A stretch of 64,000 nt of DNA from Bacteroidaceae bacterium (lineage in GTDB: Bacteria; Bacteroidota; Bacteroidia; Bacteroidales; Bacteroidaceae). The position numbers were made by a program, and so were the translations under genes. Position 1 is the stretch's first letter. Every line of letters starts with the position of its first letter. This document shows positions 8,726-17,577 of this stretch, piece after piece. The notes under the pieces were generated by a model that was not told where the DNA came from, ran no database searches, and was given only the letters and a program-made list of their open reading frames with translations. The DNA is taken from positions 44,535 to 108,534 of the forward strand of contig JAFXZY010000008.1 in NCBI GenBank assembly GCA_017541025.1, written 5' to 3'.

Positions 8726-10522
8726 ATGAGAAAACTTACAGAACAAGAGATTACAACCCTTTCGCATCAGGGTTGTACGGCAGAGAACTGGTCGAAAATT
8801 CAGGTGGAGGACAAATTCTGTCCCCAGTATATAAATAATGTGGAGTTTTACGGCAACGTTACGTTAGGTGTTTATGAAAAAGAAGTGGAAATGGCCCCTG
8901 GTTTCACCAAGCATTCGGGCATCCGCTATGCTACCTTGCGCAATGTTGTTATCGGTAATGATTGTCTTATAGAGCATGTGGGTATCATCAACACTACCAC
9001 AGACGCCACCTTCGGACAGGGGAAAGTTATATCAGTCCTCAATGAGGTGGGAGATGGCAATGTGATGATTTTTGACGGGCTGAACGCTCAGTTGGCCAAT
9101 CTGATGGTTAAATACGAACATGACGAAGTATTCACCAGAACTGTCCGCACCATTATACAGAAAAGGATAGAGCAAACTAATCAGCCCATTACCACCATCG
9201 GAAACGATGTGCGTATCACACATACCACAGCTATCGTAAACTGCCACATCAGTGACGGATGCCTGATTGACGGAGCATTACGACTTCAAGACTGCACCCT
9301 CAAGAGCATGCCGGATGCTGTTGTCCAAGTGGGCGTAGGCGTTATCTGTGAGAAATCCGTTATTTTTAACGGTTCCGCTGTGATGAACAATGCCAAGTTG
9401 GAGAACTGTTTTGTGGGTGAAGCCTGCACTATTACTGACGGATTCACGGCTGAAAGCAGTCTGTTCTTTGCCAACTGCTACATGAGCAACGGTGAGGCTT
9501 GTGCCGCCTTCTGCGGTCCCTTCTCTGCCAGCCACCATAAGAGTTCATTGCTTATCGGTGGTATGTTCAGTTTCTACAATGCTGGTTCGGCTACCAACTT
9601 CTCTAATCATGCCTATAAGATGGGGCCCGTACACTGGGGGGTCTTGGACCGCGGCACCAAGACAGCCAGCGGCAGCTACATTCTTATGCCGGCTCATATT
9701 GGAACGTTCAGTGTATGCTTTGGCAAATTGATGCATCACCCTGATACCACCAAACTGCCCTTCTCGTACCTGATTGCGTACGGTGACGTGATGTATCTGG
9801 TTCCTGGCCGTAACCTGACAACCGTAGGTTTGTACAGGGATATCCGCAAGTGGCCCAAGCGTGACAAGCGTCCTGACGAAGCACGTAACTCAATCGTCAA
9901 CTTCGACTGGCTCTCGCCCTTCTCGGTAGGCGGTATCATGGTAGCCAAGCGTACCTTGGAAGGGTTGCGTGAGATCTCAGGCGATGTGGCAACATACAAT
10001 TTCCATGATTACGTCATTAAGAACTCCTCACTGAAGAAAGGTATCAAGTACTACGATATTGCATTACGCATCTATATGGGTGCCGTTATGAAACGTCACA
10101 TCCTGGAGGTACCCCGTTCCAGTGTGGGTACTGGCAAATGGAGCGACCTGAGCGGCCTGCTGATTCCTGTTACCGAGGAACAGCGCATCGTAGAAGCCAT
10201 CAAGAGTGGCGAGTTGAACACCATAGGTGCCATTCGTGAAGAATTTATTAAAGCCAACAGAAACTATTCTGAATACCGCTGGGCATGGAGCTACCGTCTT
10301 ATCCGTGAATACTACGGAATAGAAGGTGAGATAACACCAGAGATAGCAGAACGTGTGATGGAAGACTATATCACAGCCCGCAGAGCCTGGATTGCCGAGA
10401 TACGTAAAGACGCAGTCAAGGAATTCGAACTGGGCGACATAGACGAGAGCGTCCTGAACGAATTCCTTGAAATCTTAGACAAAGAGGTAGAGTACGAGCG
10501 CCTTATGAAATACGAGATGTAG
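8726..10522 (+). CDS. DUF4954-like protein (hexapeptide / left-handed beta-helix-like N-terminal part plus helical C-terminal part), function unknown
   Basis: No signal peptide. Irregular hexapeptide runs (VVIGNDCLIEHVGII, IGNDVRITHTTAIVNCHISDGCLIDG, VGVGVICEKSVIFNGSAVMNNAKLENCFVGEACTITDG). Family name is from memory. Confidence 0.55.
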   Translation: MRKLTEQEITTLSHQGCTAENWSKIQVEDKFCPQYINNVEFYGNVTLGVYEKEVEMAPGFTKHSGIRYATLRNVVIGNDCLIEHVGIINTTTDATFGQGKVISVLNEVGDGNVMIFDGLNAQLANLMVKYEHDEVFTRTVRTIIQKRIEQTNQPITTIGNDVRITHTTAIVNCHISDGCLIDGALRLQDCTLKSMPDAVVQVGVGVICEKSVIFNGSAVMNNAKLENCFVGEACTITDGFTAESSLFFANCYMSNGEACAAFCGPFSASHHKSSLLIGGMFSFYNAGSATNFSNHAYKMGPVHWGVLDRGTKTASGSYILMPAHIGTFSVCFGKLMHHPDTTKLPFSYLIAYGDVMYLVPGRNLTTVGLYRDIRKWPKRDKRPDEARNSIVNFDWLSPFSVGGIMVAKRTLEGLREISGDVATYNFHDYVIKNSSLKKGIKYYDIALRIYMGAVMKRHILEVPRSSVGTGKWSDLSGLLIPVTEEQRIVEAIKSGELNTIGAIREEFIKANRNYSEYRWAWSYRLIREYYGIEGEITPEIAERVMEDYITARRAWIAEIRKDAVKEFELGDIDESVLNEFLEILDKEVEYERLMKYEM

Positions 10523-10533
10523 GCGCCACCTCC

Positions 10534-11250
10534 TTAACGCTTGCTGAGGCTATAGCTGTTGTCGGCATCAAAGTTAGGCACTTCATACTTGCCGTTTGTA
10601 TGAAGCGATGCAATATACTTGTTCAGCAGGGGCATCAGCTCAGCTTCAGAAACATTGCCTGTAATGACGAAGGTGAAGTCGCCTACATTACTGAAACGCT
10701 GTGCAACCAGTTGCATTACCAAGTCGTAATTGATGGCGTCCAGATCGGCACTTGTCAGACCGTGAGCGGCATTCTTGTCCTTGCTGTTGACTATAGCACG
10801 CATATTGTCGCGCCAGGAAGTAAAGGCATTCAGGTCGGTACGCAACGAAGTAAAGAAGAGATTGTTCATGCGGAACATCGTCTCCAGATTACCTGTTGAA
10901 GCATGAGAGGTGATGTACTCTTCATAATGACCCACATGAGGAGTAACACTGATGTTATTCTCTTCCAATGTCTTCTGCAACTCCTTCTGACTGTATTCTG
11001 CCAGTCCGCTGACTGCCAGGCAGTCATTTATTACTTTCAGGTTAGCAGGAAACACTTCAGGATAGAGAGAGGTACCACCATTGCTGAGGGCATACATGGT
11101 AACGCCATCCGTACAGTCGGTTGTTTGGTTGAAAAGTACGCTAACACCATTAGAAAGCGTGTACTGCTTAACATTGTTCTCGTTCTTAGCGGCTATTGTG
11201 GTGAGACCTGAGGTTAACATCACTGCCAAGCAAATCATCATCTTTTTCAT
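10534..11250 (-). CDS. Secreted stand-alone M16 (insulinase/pitrilysin)-like non-catalytic domain protein
   Basis: Signal peptide. It resembles the inactive M16_C-type half-domain (YTLSNGVSVLFNQTTD...ALSNGGTSLY...). There is no HxxEH zinc motif. Confidence 0.5.
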   Translation of the reverse strand: MKKMMICLAVMLTSGLTTIAAKNENNVKQYTLSNGVSVLFNQTTDCTDGVTMYALSNGGTSLYPEVFPANLKVINDCLAVSGLAEYSQKELQKTLEENNISVTPHVGHYEEYITSHASTGNLETMFRMNNLFFTSLRTDLNAFTSWRDNMRAIVNSKDKNAAHGLTSADLDAINYDLVMQLVAQRFSNVGDFTFVITGNVSEAELMPLLNKYIASLHTNGKYEVPNFDADNSYSLSKR

Positions 11251-11336
11251 TGTGTAAAATGTTTAATTGTTTAACTTCTTTCTACACGTATGTCGCAAGA
11301 AGCTACAAAAAACTACACAATTTCCGATTTTTTTTC

Positions 11337-11429
11337 AACGTTAACGATAACGATAACGATAACTCTTTTTGTTTTTGTTTTAGTCTTCTATAACCAATAA
11401 CCAATAACCTTTAACCAATAACCAAAACC
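11337..11429. repeat. AT-rich tandem word module ((ATAACG)n then (ATAACCA)n)
   Basis: AACGTTAACGATAACGATAACGATAAC (11337-11363) is identical over 21 nt to 8575-8595 with one extra unit. TATAACCAATAACCAATAACCTTTAACCAATAACCAAAACC lies at 11389-11429. Confidence 0.8.
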
Positions 11430-14155
11430 TATCCACCAATCTTGGGTTTCAACTCATCTGGCGACTCATTGGTGTACATATTTACCTTGGGCGCTTCGCG
11501 CTCAAAAAGATGACGGATGACATCCACCTCAACCGTTGTGGAAGGCTTGAAATCCTTGCTTGCCATATAATGCAAAATAGAGTAGCGAAGCTGACGGGCC
11601 ACTGGCTGTTGGCTGTTGGCTATTAGCTGTTGGCTGACAGGAAGGGTGGTCATCAGCAGGCGACCATTGAGTACACGTACCTCCAGCAGCACACCCAACT
11701 TACGAGAAACATGCCAAGTGTCGATGGGCTGTACAATAGGTTGGAAGTCCTTCGGGAACTCAGCCAGGTTCATTACCTGCGTACGGTTAGTCAGTTCCCA
11801 CCAGTTCAGGTTTTGCCAGTTGTCGGTGGGGAAGTTGCGGAATACGGGATGACTGTTTTGAATGTACGCACCCGTAGTATGAGGTGGACGCATCTTAAAC
11901 CATGAGGTGTTCCAGAAAACAGGCAAGTACGTATGGCGCACATCATTGCCGTAAAGGATTTTACCGCCAGCCGTCAAAAGCACATCTCCACCTTGCTCTA
12001 AAACCTTTAAAGCCTGGTCATCGAGATTATCCGTTTCATAGAATGATGTCTGATGGCTGAGGTTTGGAGGCTGAGGTAACTCCTTAGGATAAACCCAAAA
12101 GTCCCAATGGTTCTTGATGTTGTCTCCCAACTGTACCGTCAGTGTCAGTTTTGCAGGTTTACTGAATTGTGACAACGGGAGTGTTACGGTACCAAGTGAG
12201 GTATTCTTCCCGATAGGAATGGTTATAGTTGGCAGTGAGGCGGTAATTTCGCCAATACGCCATGTGACCTTCGTGTTCGAAAGAGGGCCGGCAGAGGCAT
12301 TATAGACCTCTATGGGAATCTGTAGCGTCTCGTCATTGGTATAGACGAATTTGGGGAACCTGGCCAATGGAACTATGGGGGAACAGAACTCCGTCCAGTC
12401 GTCCTTGGTGCAATAGCCTTTCTCGCGCCAATGCACATTCAGTGGTCCTACCAATGCCGTCCCTTGTCCGCTATAGTCGTTCAGTCCCAGTAGTTGAAAG
12501 CCGGCATAGTCCTTGGTACGCAGATTGCGTTCTATCTCATATTTATATGCCAACACCTGCAGATGTCCGCTGGCCATCAGGAATCGACTCGCCTGTGAAG
12601 CCATGCCATTGTCACGCAGCAGGTCCTGGAATATCTCAAAGTTACGGGCTTTGTACACTCCCTTATATTGCGGGATTTCCTTGAAGTCGGGGAAAGCGCA
12701 CCATTGTCCCTGCTCGTGGGCGATGATGGGCTCGCTATTGGGTTCCTTACCTTTATAATTGCGTGGGAAGAGGATTTGGTCGTAGTAGTCGTCATCGCTA
12801 TGCGGCGCCACCTTGTCCCAATCCAGTCCGCGTGCTCCGGCCTTGACATGATAATCCGAACCTTCGTCCCAAGCCCAACCGCCACCAACGGACGCTCCGC
12901 AATAGAGCCGTGTCGGGTCATATTCCCTCATTGTCTTCACCCAGTCCTGACAGTAGGGCACCCAGTCGCCAGCTGGCTCATTACCTGCTGCCATCATGCA
13001 GAAAGAAGGATGATGCCCGTAGGTATCAATCATACGCCGACCTTCATCCAGCAGATACTGGTCGATAGGCATGCCCCTGCGTAACTTTACTCCGTGATTA
13101 GGCCACGAAGGCCCCTCGGGCTGTAGGTACAATCCCAACCGGTCTGCCGCTTTGAAGGCTGCCTCCGGCGGGCAATAAGAATGGAAACGGATAAAATTGA
13201 GCCCATACTCCTTGCATTTGCTGAATACACGTTGCCACTCCGCTTCGTCGGTAGGCGGATATCCCGTCTCAGGGAAAGTACAGTTGCCCACGGTGCCGCG
13301 CATATATACCGGACGACCATTGATGAGTATCCTGCTACCCACAACACGTATGTCACGCAAACCGAAGGTCACACTAACGGGTATACCCTGATAGTTTACG
13401 GTACGCGAATAGAGTTGAGGATGGAACTCATCCCACCGCACAGTGTCGGCACCTAAAGCCAGGTGATAAGTTGAGTCGTTGACAAGGATGTCTATCGTGT
13501 GATCTTCCCAATGCGGAATCACCCGCTTGCGCCAGATAACGGGCCCCGACTGCAACTCTATTTTGCCAACGATGCCATTCCAGTTGCCCTGTGTCTGGTC
13601 GGTGACAGAATGGGAGTCCTGTCCCACACACACATTCTCTATACCGTTATACACCTCAATGCTCAGTTGGTTTTTTGCCCCATATATTATATAAGGTGTA
13701 AGGTCGAACTGATGAGGTACCGATAGCGACATCTGGTGCCCTACCTTATGTCCGTTGACCGTCACTGTGGTTTCTATGTGCGGACGCTCCAAATAAAGGG
13801 TAACCTGACGACCTTCCCATGCCTTTGGTACGTTGACTGTACGCTCGTACCACGCATGGCCTACATAGTGACGTTCAGGAGTAAGAAAGAAGGGAAACTT
13901 CATCTTGCCTTCCAAGCGGTACTTCTCCATATAGGGATTAAAGTAATAGCTGGAATCGTAGAGCGAACCTGTCCATTTGGTATTTATGTTTACTGGGTCA
14001 CCCTTGCCGTTGGTCAGCATTGAGCCCGGAAGCCTAACCGTGCCCTTTTCTCTTTCCGAGCGGAACTGCCATGTGCCGCTCAGATCTATTTTTTGGGAAA
14101 AAGCCCCTAAAATGTTACTGGTGGCTAACACCAGTACAAGAATCCGGTATTTCAT
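11429..14155 (-). CDS. GH2-family glycoside hydrolase (beta-galactosidase/beta-glucuronidase-like), secreted
   Basis: Signal peptide MKYRILVLVLATSNILGAFSQ, GH2 TIM-barrel FIRFHSYCPPE and acid/base MAAGNEPAG. The ATG at 14155 lies 5 nt after the DUF799-like stop (the track start at 14158 is TTG). Confidence 0.85.
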   Translation of the reverse strand: MKYRILVLVLATSNILGAFSQKIDLSGTWQFRSEREKGTVRLPGSMLTNGKGDPVNINTKWTGSLYDSSYYFNPYMEKYRLEGKMKFPFFLTPERHYVGHAWYERTVNVPKAWEGRQVTLYLERPHIETTVTVNGHKVGHQMSLSVPHQFDLTPYIIYGAKNQLSIEVYNGIENVCVGQDSHSVTDQTQGNWNGIVGKIELQSGPVIWRKRVIPHWEDHTIDILVNDSTYHLALGADTVRWDEFHPQLYSRTVNYQGIPVSVTFGLRDIRVVGSRILINGRPVYMRGTVGNCTFPETGYPPTDEAEWQRVFSKCKEYGLNFIRFHSYCPPEAAFKAADRLGLYLQPEGPSWPNHGVKLRRGMPIDQYLLDEGRRMIDTYGHHPSFCMMAAGNEPAGDWVPYCQDWVKTMREYDPTRLYCGASVGGGWAWDEGSDYHVKAGARGLDWDKVAPHSDDDYYDQILFPRNYKGKEPNSEPIIAHEQGQWCAFPDFKEIPQYKGVYKARNFEIFQDLLRDNGMASQASRFLMASGHLQVLAYKYEIERNLRTKDYAGFQLLGLNDYSGQGTALVGPLNVHWREKGYCTKDDWTEFCSPIVPLARFPKFVYTNDETLQIPIEVYNASAGPLSNTKVTWRIGEITASLPTITIPIGKNTSLGTVTLPLSQFSKPAKLTLTVQLGDNIKNHWDFWVYPKELPQPPNLSHQTSFYETDNLDDQALKVLEQGGDVLLTAGGKILYGNDVRHTYLPVFWNTSWFKMRPPHTTGAYIQNSHPVFRNFPTDNWQNLNWWELTNRTQVMNLAEFPKDFQPIVQPIDTWHVSRKLGVLLEVRVLNGRLLMTTLPVSQQLIANSQQPVARQLRYSILHYMASKDFKPSTTVEVDVIRHLFEREAPKVNMYTNESPDELKPKIGG
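11604..11635. repeat. Word repeat GGCTGTTGGCTGTTGGCTATTAGCTGTTGGCT inside the GH2 reading frame
   Basis: Translated in frame as SQQLIANSQQPVA. The reverse complement shares the 14-mer AGCCAACAGCTAAT with 8651-8664. Confidence 0.7.
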
Positions 14156-14160
14156 CAATA

Positions 14161-14847
14161 TTATCTTACTGTTGCCGTAACAAATTTCTTTCCTGCAGCA
14201 AGTTTCTGGTCCTTATCGTAATGGGCACCATATTTGCCTTCGGGCAGATCACTCAGTACATACACGGTACACTTTCGGCCAGCAACAATCTTGTCTGTGG
14301 CTGCTGTATTGATGGCGGTAGCCGCTATGTCTGCCAGTGCACCAAAGAGCCCTCCGCCTGTGGTATGGATGCTGGTATCCACGCTAATCTTTCCCTCGCG
14401 CTGATAAAGGGTCTGGCCCGTCTTGGTAGAACGCAGAATATATTCCACGTCAGCTGTAAGGGAACCGCCGACCTGACTTCTCTGCCACATCTTGATGATA
14501 GTAAACATAGCAGCGTCAGCTCCGAGTACATTACGGAACTGGGAAAGGTCAGCATCAATGAACCGTTCAGCATCATAAGCGCTCTCCGTCTGAAACATCT
14601 CCATCGTCATCATGGGAGAATAAACGTAATAGCCTTTCTCACAAAGAGGGGCATATAGCGTGGTATAAAAGAAGTCTTTTGCCTCCACATGGTTGGTCTG
14701 ATTAATAGGTGGCATAACAACTATAGAGAGTGGTCTTTCCTGATACATGAGCGGATATTGGGACTCACGTGTAACAAGGGTCTGCTGGGCACACGATGAC
14801 ATAAGTACCGTTACAAGGCCAAGGATGATATACTTGTTCATTTTCAT
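14161..14847 (-). CDS. DUF799 / GNA1162-family lipoprotein
   Basis: Lipobox LMSSC. Family-typical VVMPPINQT...PLCEKGYYVYSP...GADAAMFTIIKMW. The start overlaps the upstream stop (ATGA). Confidence 0.75.
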   Translation of the reverse strand: MKMNKYIILGLVTVLMSSCAQQTLVTRESQYPLMYQERPLSIVVMPPINQTNHVEAKDFFYTTLYAPLCEKGYYVYSPMMTMEMFQTESAYDAERFIDADLSQFRNVLGADAAMFTIIKMWQRSQVGGSLTADVEYILRSTKTGQTLYQREGKISVDTSIHTTGGGLFGALADIAATAINTAATDKIVAGRKCTVYVLSDLPEGKYGAHYDKDQKLAAGKKFVTATVR

Positions 14848-15188
14848 TTTTCCAACTGTTTAATGATTCGCGAAATGAATGTTTCAGACTCGGGATAGGC
14901 CTGAATTTCAGCCTGTAACAGGGCAAGTCCTTCTTCTTTCTTGCCTGCCTTGCAGAGCAAGTAGCCGTATTCGGCATTTACACCGGGGGGAACAGTTTTA
15001 CGCAGTCCGTTCTGCTTGGCGATGACCTTCTTGTACTGTGCCATAGCCTTTTCAAGTGTCTCGTCAGTGGTGCGTTTGGTGTAGACGTAAGTGGCGTCTT
15101 CTGAGTCGTACCAGCTATAGAGCGTCTGTTGTGTCTGACACGAAGAGAGCACAATAATGCCGAAGGCGGCGATGATTATCTTTTTCAT
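14844..15188 (-). CDS. DUF4810-family lipoprotein
   Basis: Lipobox VLSSC. Motifs LYSWYD...PPGVNAEYGYLL...AYPESETF are typical of the family as I remember it. Confidence 0.65.
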   Translation of the reverse strand: MKKIIIAAFGIIVLSSCQTQQTLYSWYDSEDATYVYTKRTTDETLEKAMAQYKKVIAKQNGLRKTVPPGVNAEYGYLLCKAGKKEEGLALLQAEIQAYPESETFISRIIKQLEK

Positions 15189-15532
15189 GGCAAATTAATG
15201 ATTTTGGTCTCCTGACTTGACAGGAAGAGCTGTTTCTGATAGACGGTTTTTCCCTCAAAGGTAACAGTAATGTTTCTGCGACCCGTGGCTACGCCGTACT
15301 GGGTGCCTTTGCGGTTGGCAGTCTTAGGCTTAACCACTTTTGCATCAAATTTGGTGCCGTCAATATCTACCTGAACAGGATGCTTTCCGTTACCGTATGT
15401 GTCTTTCGGACCGACGAACACCAGATATGCCATATCTTCCTTCCCGCTCTGCTGAGCTACGGGATAGCTAACCTTGCACGCTGCCAGAAGGCAGGCTAGT
15501 GCTATGAATAAAAATAACGTTCTTGTTTTCAT
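15185..15532 (-). CDS. Small lipoprotein, unknown family
   Basis: Lipobox LLAAC, 115 aa, all-beta appearance. It overlaps the downstream gene by 4 nt. Confidence 0.6.
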   Translation of the reverse strand: MKTRTLFLFIALACLLAACKVSYPVAQQSGKEDMAYLVFVGPKDTYGNGKHPVQVDIDGTKFDAKVVKPKTANRKGTQYGVATGRRNITVTFEGKTVYQKQLFLSSQETKIINLP

Positions 15533-15544
15533 CGTAGGGAGTAT

Positions 15545-16480
15545 TTATTTGATTTCTTCAATGTAATAGTCCGTCAGGTGACTGGCATCTATGTTGCCTC
15601 CGTTAGAGGTAAAGGTTACAAAAGAGTATTCTGTTTCAGGCGTATCACCTCCAGTAGCCGATATGGTAACAGAACCTATCTGCTTGCCAGGCAATTCTAT
15701 CATAACGCCTGTCTGAGGATTCTTCACCTTCTTTCCCTTGGTCTTTACGGCAAAAGTATCTCCTACCTTAATACCCTGGCTGGCACCACCGGCAATCAGT
15801 TGTGCATCATTGTCGTATGAAAGGAAGTAAGTGCGCCAAGGCTTGTCGGTACACTTGTTGATGATGTTTTCCACCAACTGACCTATTGCTTCCGAGATAG
15901 CTTTGTCGCTAAGTGTTGCATCGTAGTCGGCTCTGCCGCCCACTCCCAAGGTTGTCTTGGTAGTAAGCTCTGCCATACCTTTGCCTTCGTCGGAATAAAT
16001 GATAAGCCCTGTAGCAACCTCAACAAGACGGACTGAAACGGCAGCTTCCACCACCTGTGATTTGGTACTGGTAAAGGCACCCGACTTACCCACATTCTTA
16101 CGGCCAAACTCTGTGATAGAGCCAATTATCATGTAGTCGGCGCCGATGGTAGCAAGGGCATTTTCACCCTTCTTGGCTTCCTCCAGCAGAGCCGCAAGGT
16201 CGCTGCGTTCCAACAGCATGAATTTGCCGGATGCAGCAAGCTTGGCCGAAAGGATATCCAGTGCCTGTTTACCCATAGGGTCGTTCTCCTTGTCGTAGAA
16301 TATACCCTTAGCATATTGAGTTTCGTTACTGAAGCGTCCAATGGCAACCTTACGTTTTATTATTCTCGAATTTGCGTCAGCAAGATTCTGCTGCACGGGC
16401 TCAGCTATTTCAACTTTACGCTGCGCATTGGAAAAAGTGCAGAGCAAAAGAAATACTGTAAATAAAAGAATCTTTTTCAT
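15545..16480 (-). CDS. CsgG/HfaB-family outer-membrane channel lipoprotein with an extra C-terminal beta domain
   Basis: CsgG-like VAIGRFSNETQ...LDILSAKLAASGKFMLLERSDL...ADYMIIGSITEFG. Residues ~215-311 extend beyond the CsgG core. Confidence 0.75.
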   Translation of the reverse strand: MKKILLFTVFLLLCTFSNAQRKVEIAEPVQQNLADANSRIIKRKVAIGRFSNETQYAKGIFYDKENDPMGKQALDILSAKLAASGKFMLLERSDLAALLEEAKKGENALATIGADYMIIGSITEFGRKNVGKSGAFTSTKSQVVEAAVSVRLVEVATGLIIYSDEGKGMAELTTKTTLGVGGRADYDATLSDKAISEAIGQLVENIINKCTDKPWRTYFLSYDNDAQLIAGGASQGIKVGDTFAVKTKGKKVKNPQTGVMIELPGKQIGSVTISATGGDTPETEYSFVTFTSNGGNIDASHLTDYYIEEIK

Positions 16481-16550
16481 GTCTGTTATATTAATGAATA
16501 ATTTATCTATATTTCATGGAAAAGGATATGACTTTTCAATATATTCGCCA

Positions 16551-16558
16551 CAAAAATA
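16551..16558 (-). promoter_or_regulatory. Bacteroidetes -7 box (TATTTTTG on minus strand) for the lipoprotein operon
   Basis: Matches TAnnTTTG, about 70 nt upstream of the ATG at 16480. Confidence 0.4.
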
Positions 16559-16597
16559 AGAAAAAAAACGTTCCCTCCATACTTTTGGGGACAAAAA

Positions 16598-17452
16598 TCA
16601 CAATTTTCTTTCTCTGTATTCCAGCGGTGTCTGTCCTGAGCGGCTTTTAAAGTAGTGAGCAAAAGATGTTTGGTCTGAGAATCCGAGTCGGTCACTGATT
16701 TGCTGGATAGTCAAATCGCGATGATGGCTTAGCAGATGTTTGGCCTGCACCATAACATACAATGCAATCCATTCACCTGCGCTGATGCCCGTCGCCCGGC
16801 GGATAAGCGTTCCAAAATATTTAGGTGAGAGGCAAAGTTTATCTGCGTAGAACCTCACTTCCCGGCTCTTACAATAATTCTCCGCGATAGCGACATGGAA
16901 TCGCATAAGCAATTGTTGTGTAGCACTTTTGTCATCAATGATAATATTGTTTTCCTTTAAGTAGAATTCTGTTAGCTGCGCTGAGATATCAACCTGTGCA
17001 GCAAGTAATTCCTTTTGTTCAGGATGGTCGAGAGTACTGATTAGCTTGAGCTGCTTAAAACAAATATTTAATCCTTTGTACTGTTCTTCCCTAAGGTGAA
17101 ATATGTTGTGGAAATGGTATGAAAACTTGAAATGATTAGGGAACATCTGGCGCAATAATTCCAGAAAATCACGTGTAAAGACAATCAGCGTTGCCAGAAA
17201 ATCTTCACTCGACTCCTGGAAGGTTAAAACATGGTTGGGATAGATAAGAGTAAAATCATGCTCCCTGAACTCATAAGGTGTAAAATCATATTCCAATTTT
17301 AACCATCCACGATGGTTGAGAACAATAAGGAAGAAGGGAGATAAGAAAGGTTCACCATAAAGTGGGAATCGGGTGAAGTCATCAATCACCACCAATCCCT
17401 TCTCATCTAACCTGTCAGAAGACTTTACTATAAAATGACCCTCATCCTTCAT
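16598..17452 (-). CDS. AraC-family transcriptional regulator
   Basis: C-terminal double HTH (YFGTLIRRATGISAGEWI...QISDRLGFSDQTSFAHYFKSRSGQTPLEYR). The track start at 17512 is TTG; the first ATG gives MKDEGHF at 17452. Confidence 0.8.
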   Translation of the reverse strand: MKDEGHFIVKSSDRLDEKGLVVIDDFTRFPLYGEPFLSPFFLIVLNHRGWLKLEYDFTPYEFREHDFTLIYPNHVLTFQESSEDFLATLIVFTRDFLELLRQMFPNHFKFSYHFHNIFHLREEQYKGLNICFKQLKLISTLDHPEQKELLAAQVDISAQLTEFYLKENNIIIDDKSATQQLLMRFHVAIAENYCKSREVRFYADKLCLSPKYFGTLIRRATGISAGEWIALYVMVQAKHLLSHHRDLTIQQISDRLGFSDQTSFAHYFKSRSGQTPLEYRERKL

Positions 17453-17540
17453 TTCACACTTCGTTTCACGCTCTTTTAAGGCAAAAGTACGTATATCAGA
17501 TTGATAAAACAAGTAAAATCCGACTTTTTTTCAAACTTTC

Positions 17541-17548
17541 CAAACTTA
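17541..17548 (-). promoter_or_regulatory. Bacteroidetes -7 box (TAAGTTTG on minus strand) for the AraC gene
   Basis: Matches TAnnTTTG upstream of both candidate starts. Confidence 0.4.
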
Positions 17549-17577
17549 GGTGTCACTTGAATATGAAATAATCCCCG

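Noticed and set aside
14071-14658. A 195-aa plus-strand ORF overlapping the DUF799-like lipoprotein gene. Similar alternative-frame ORFs lie at 1217-1837 and 39005-39409.
   Set aside because: It has no recognisable motifs, no -7 box and no plausible start context. The region is fully covered by a minus-strand gene with clear lipobox and family motifs.
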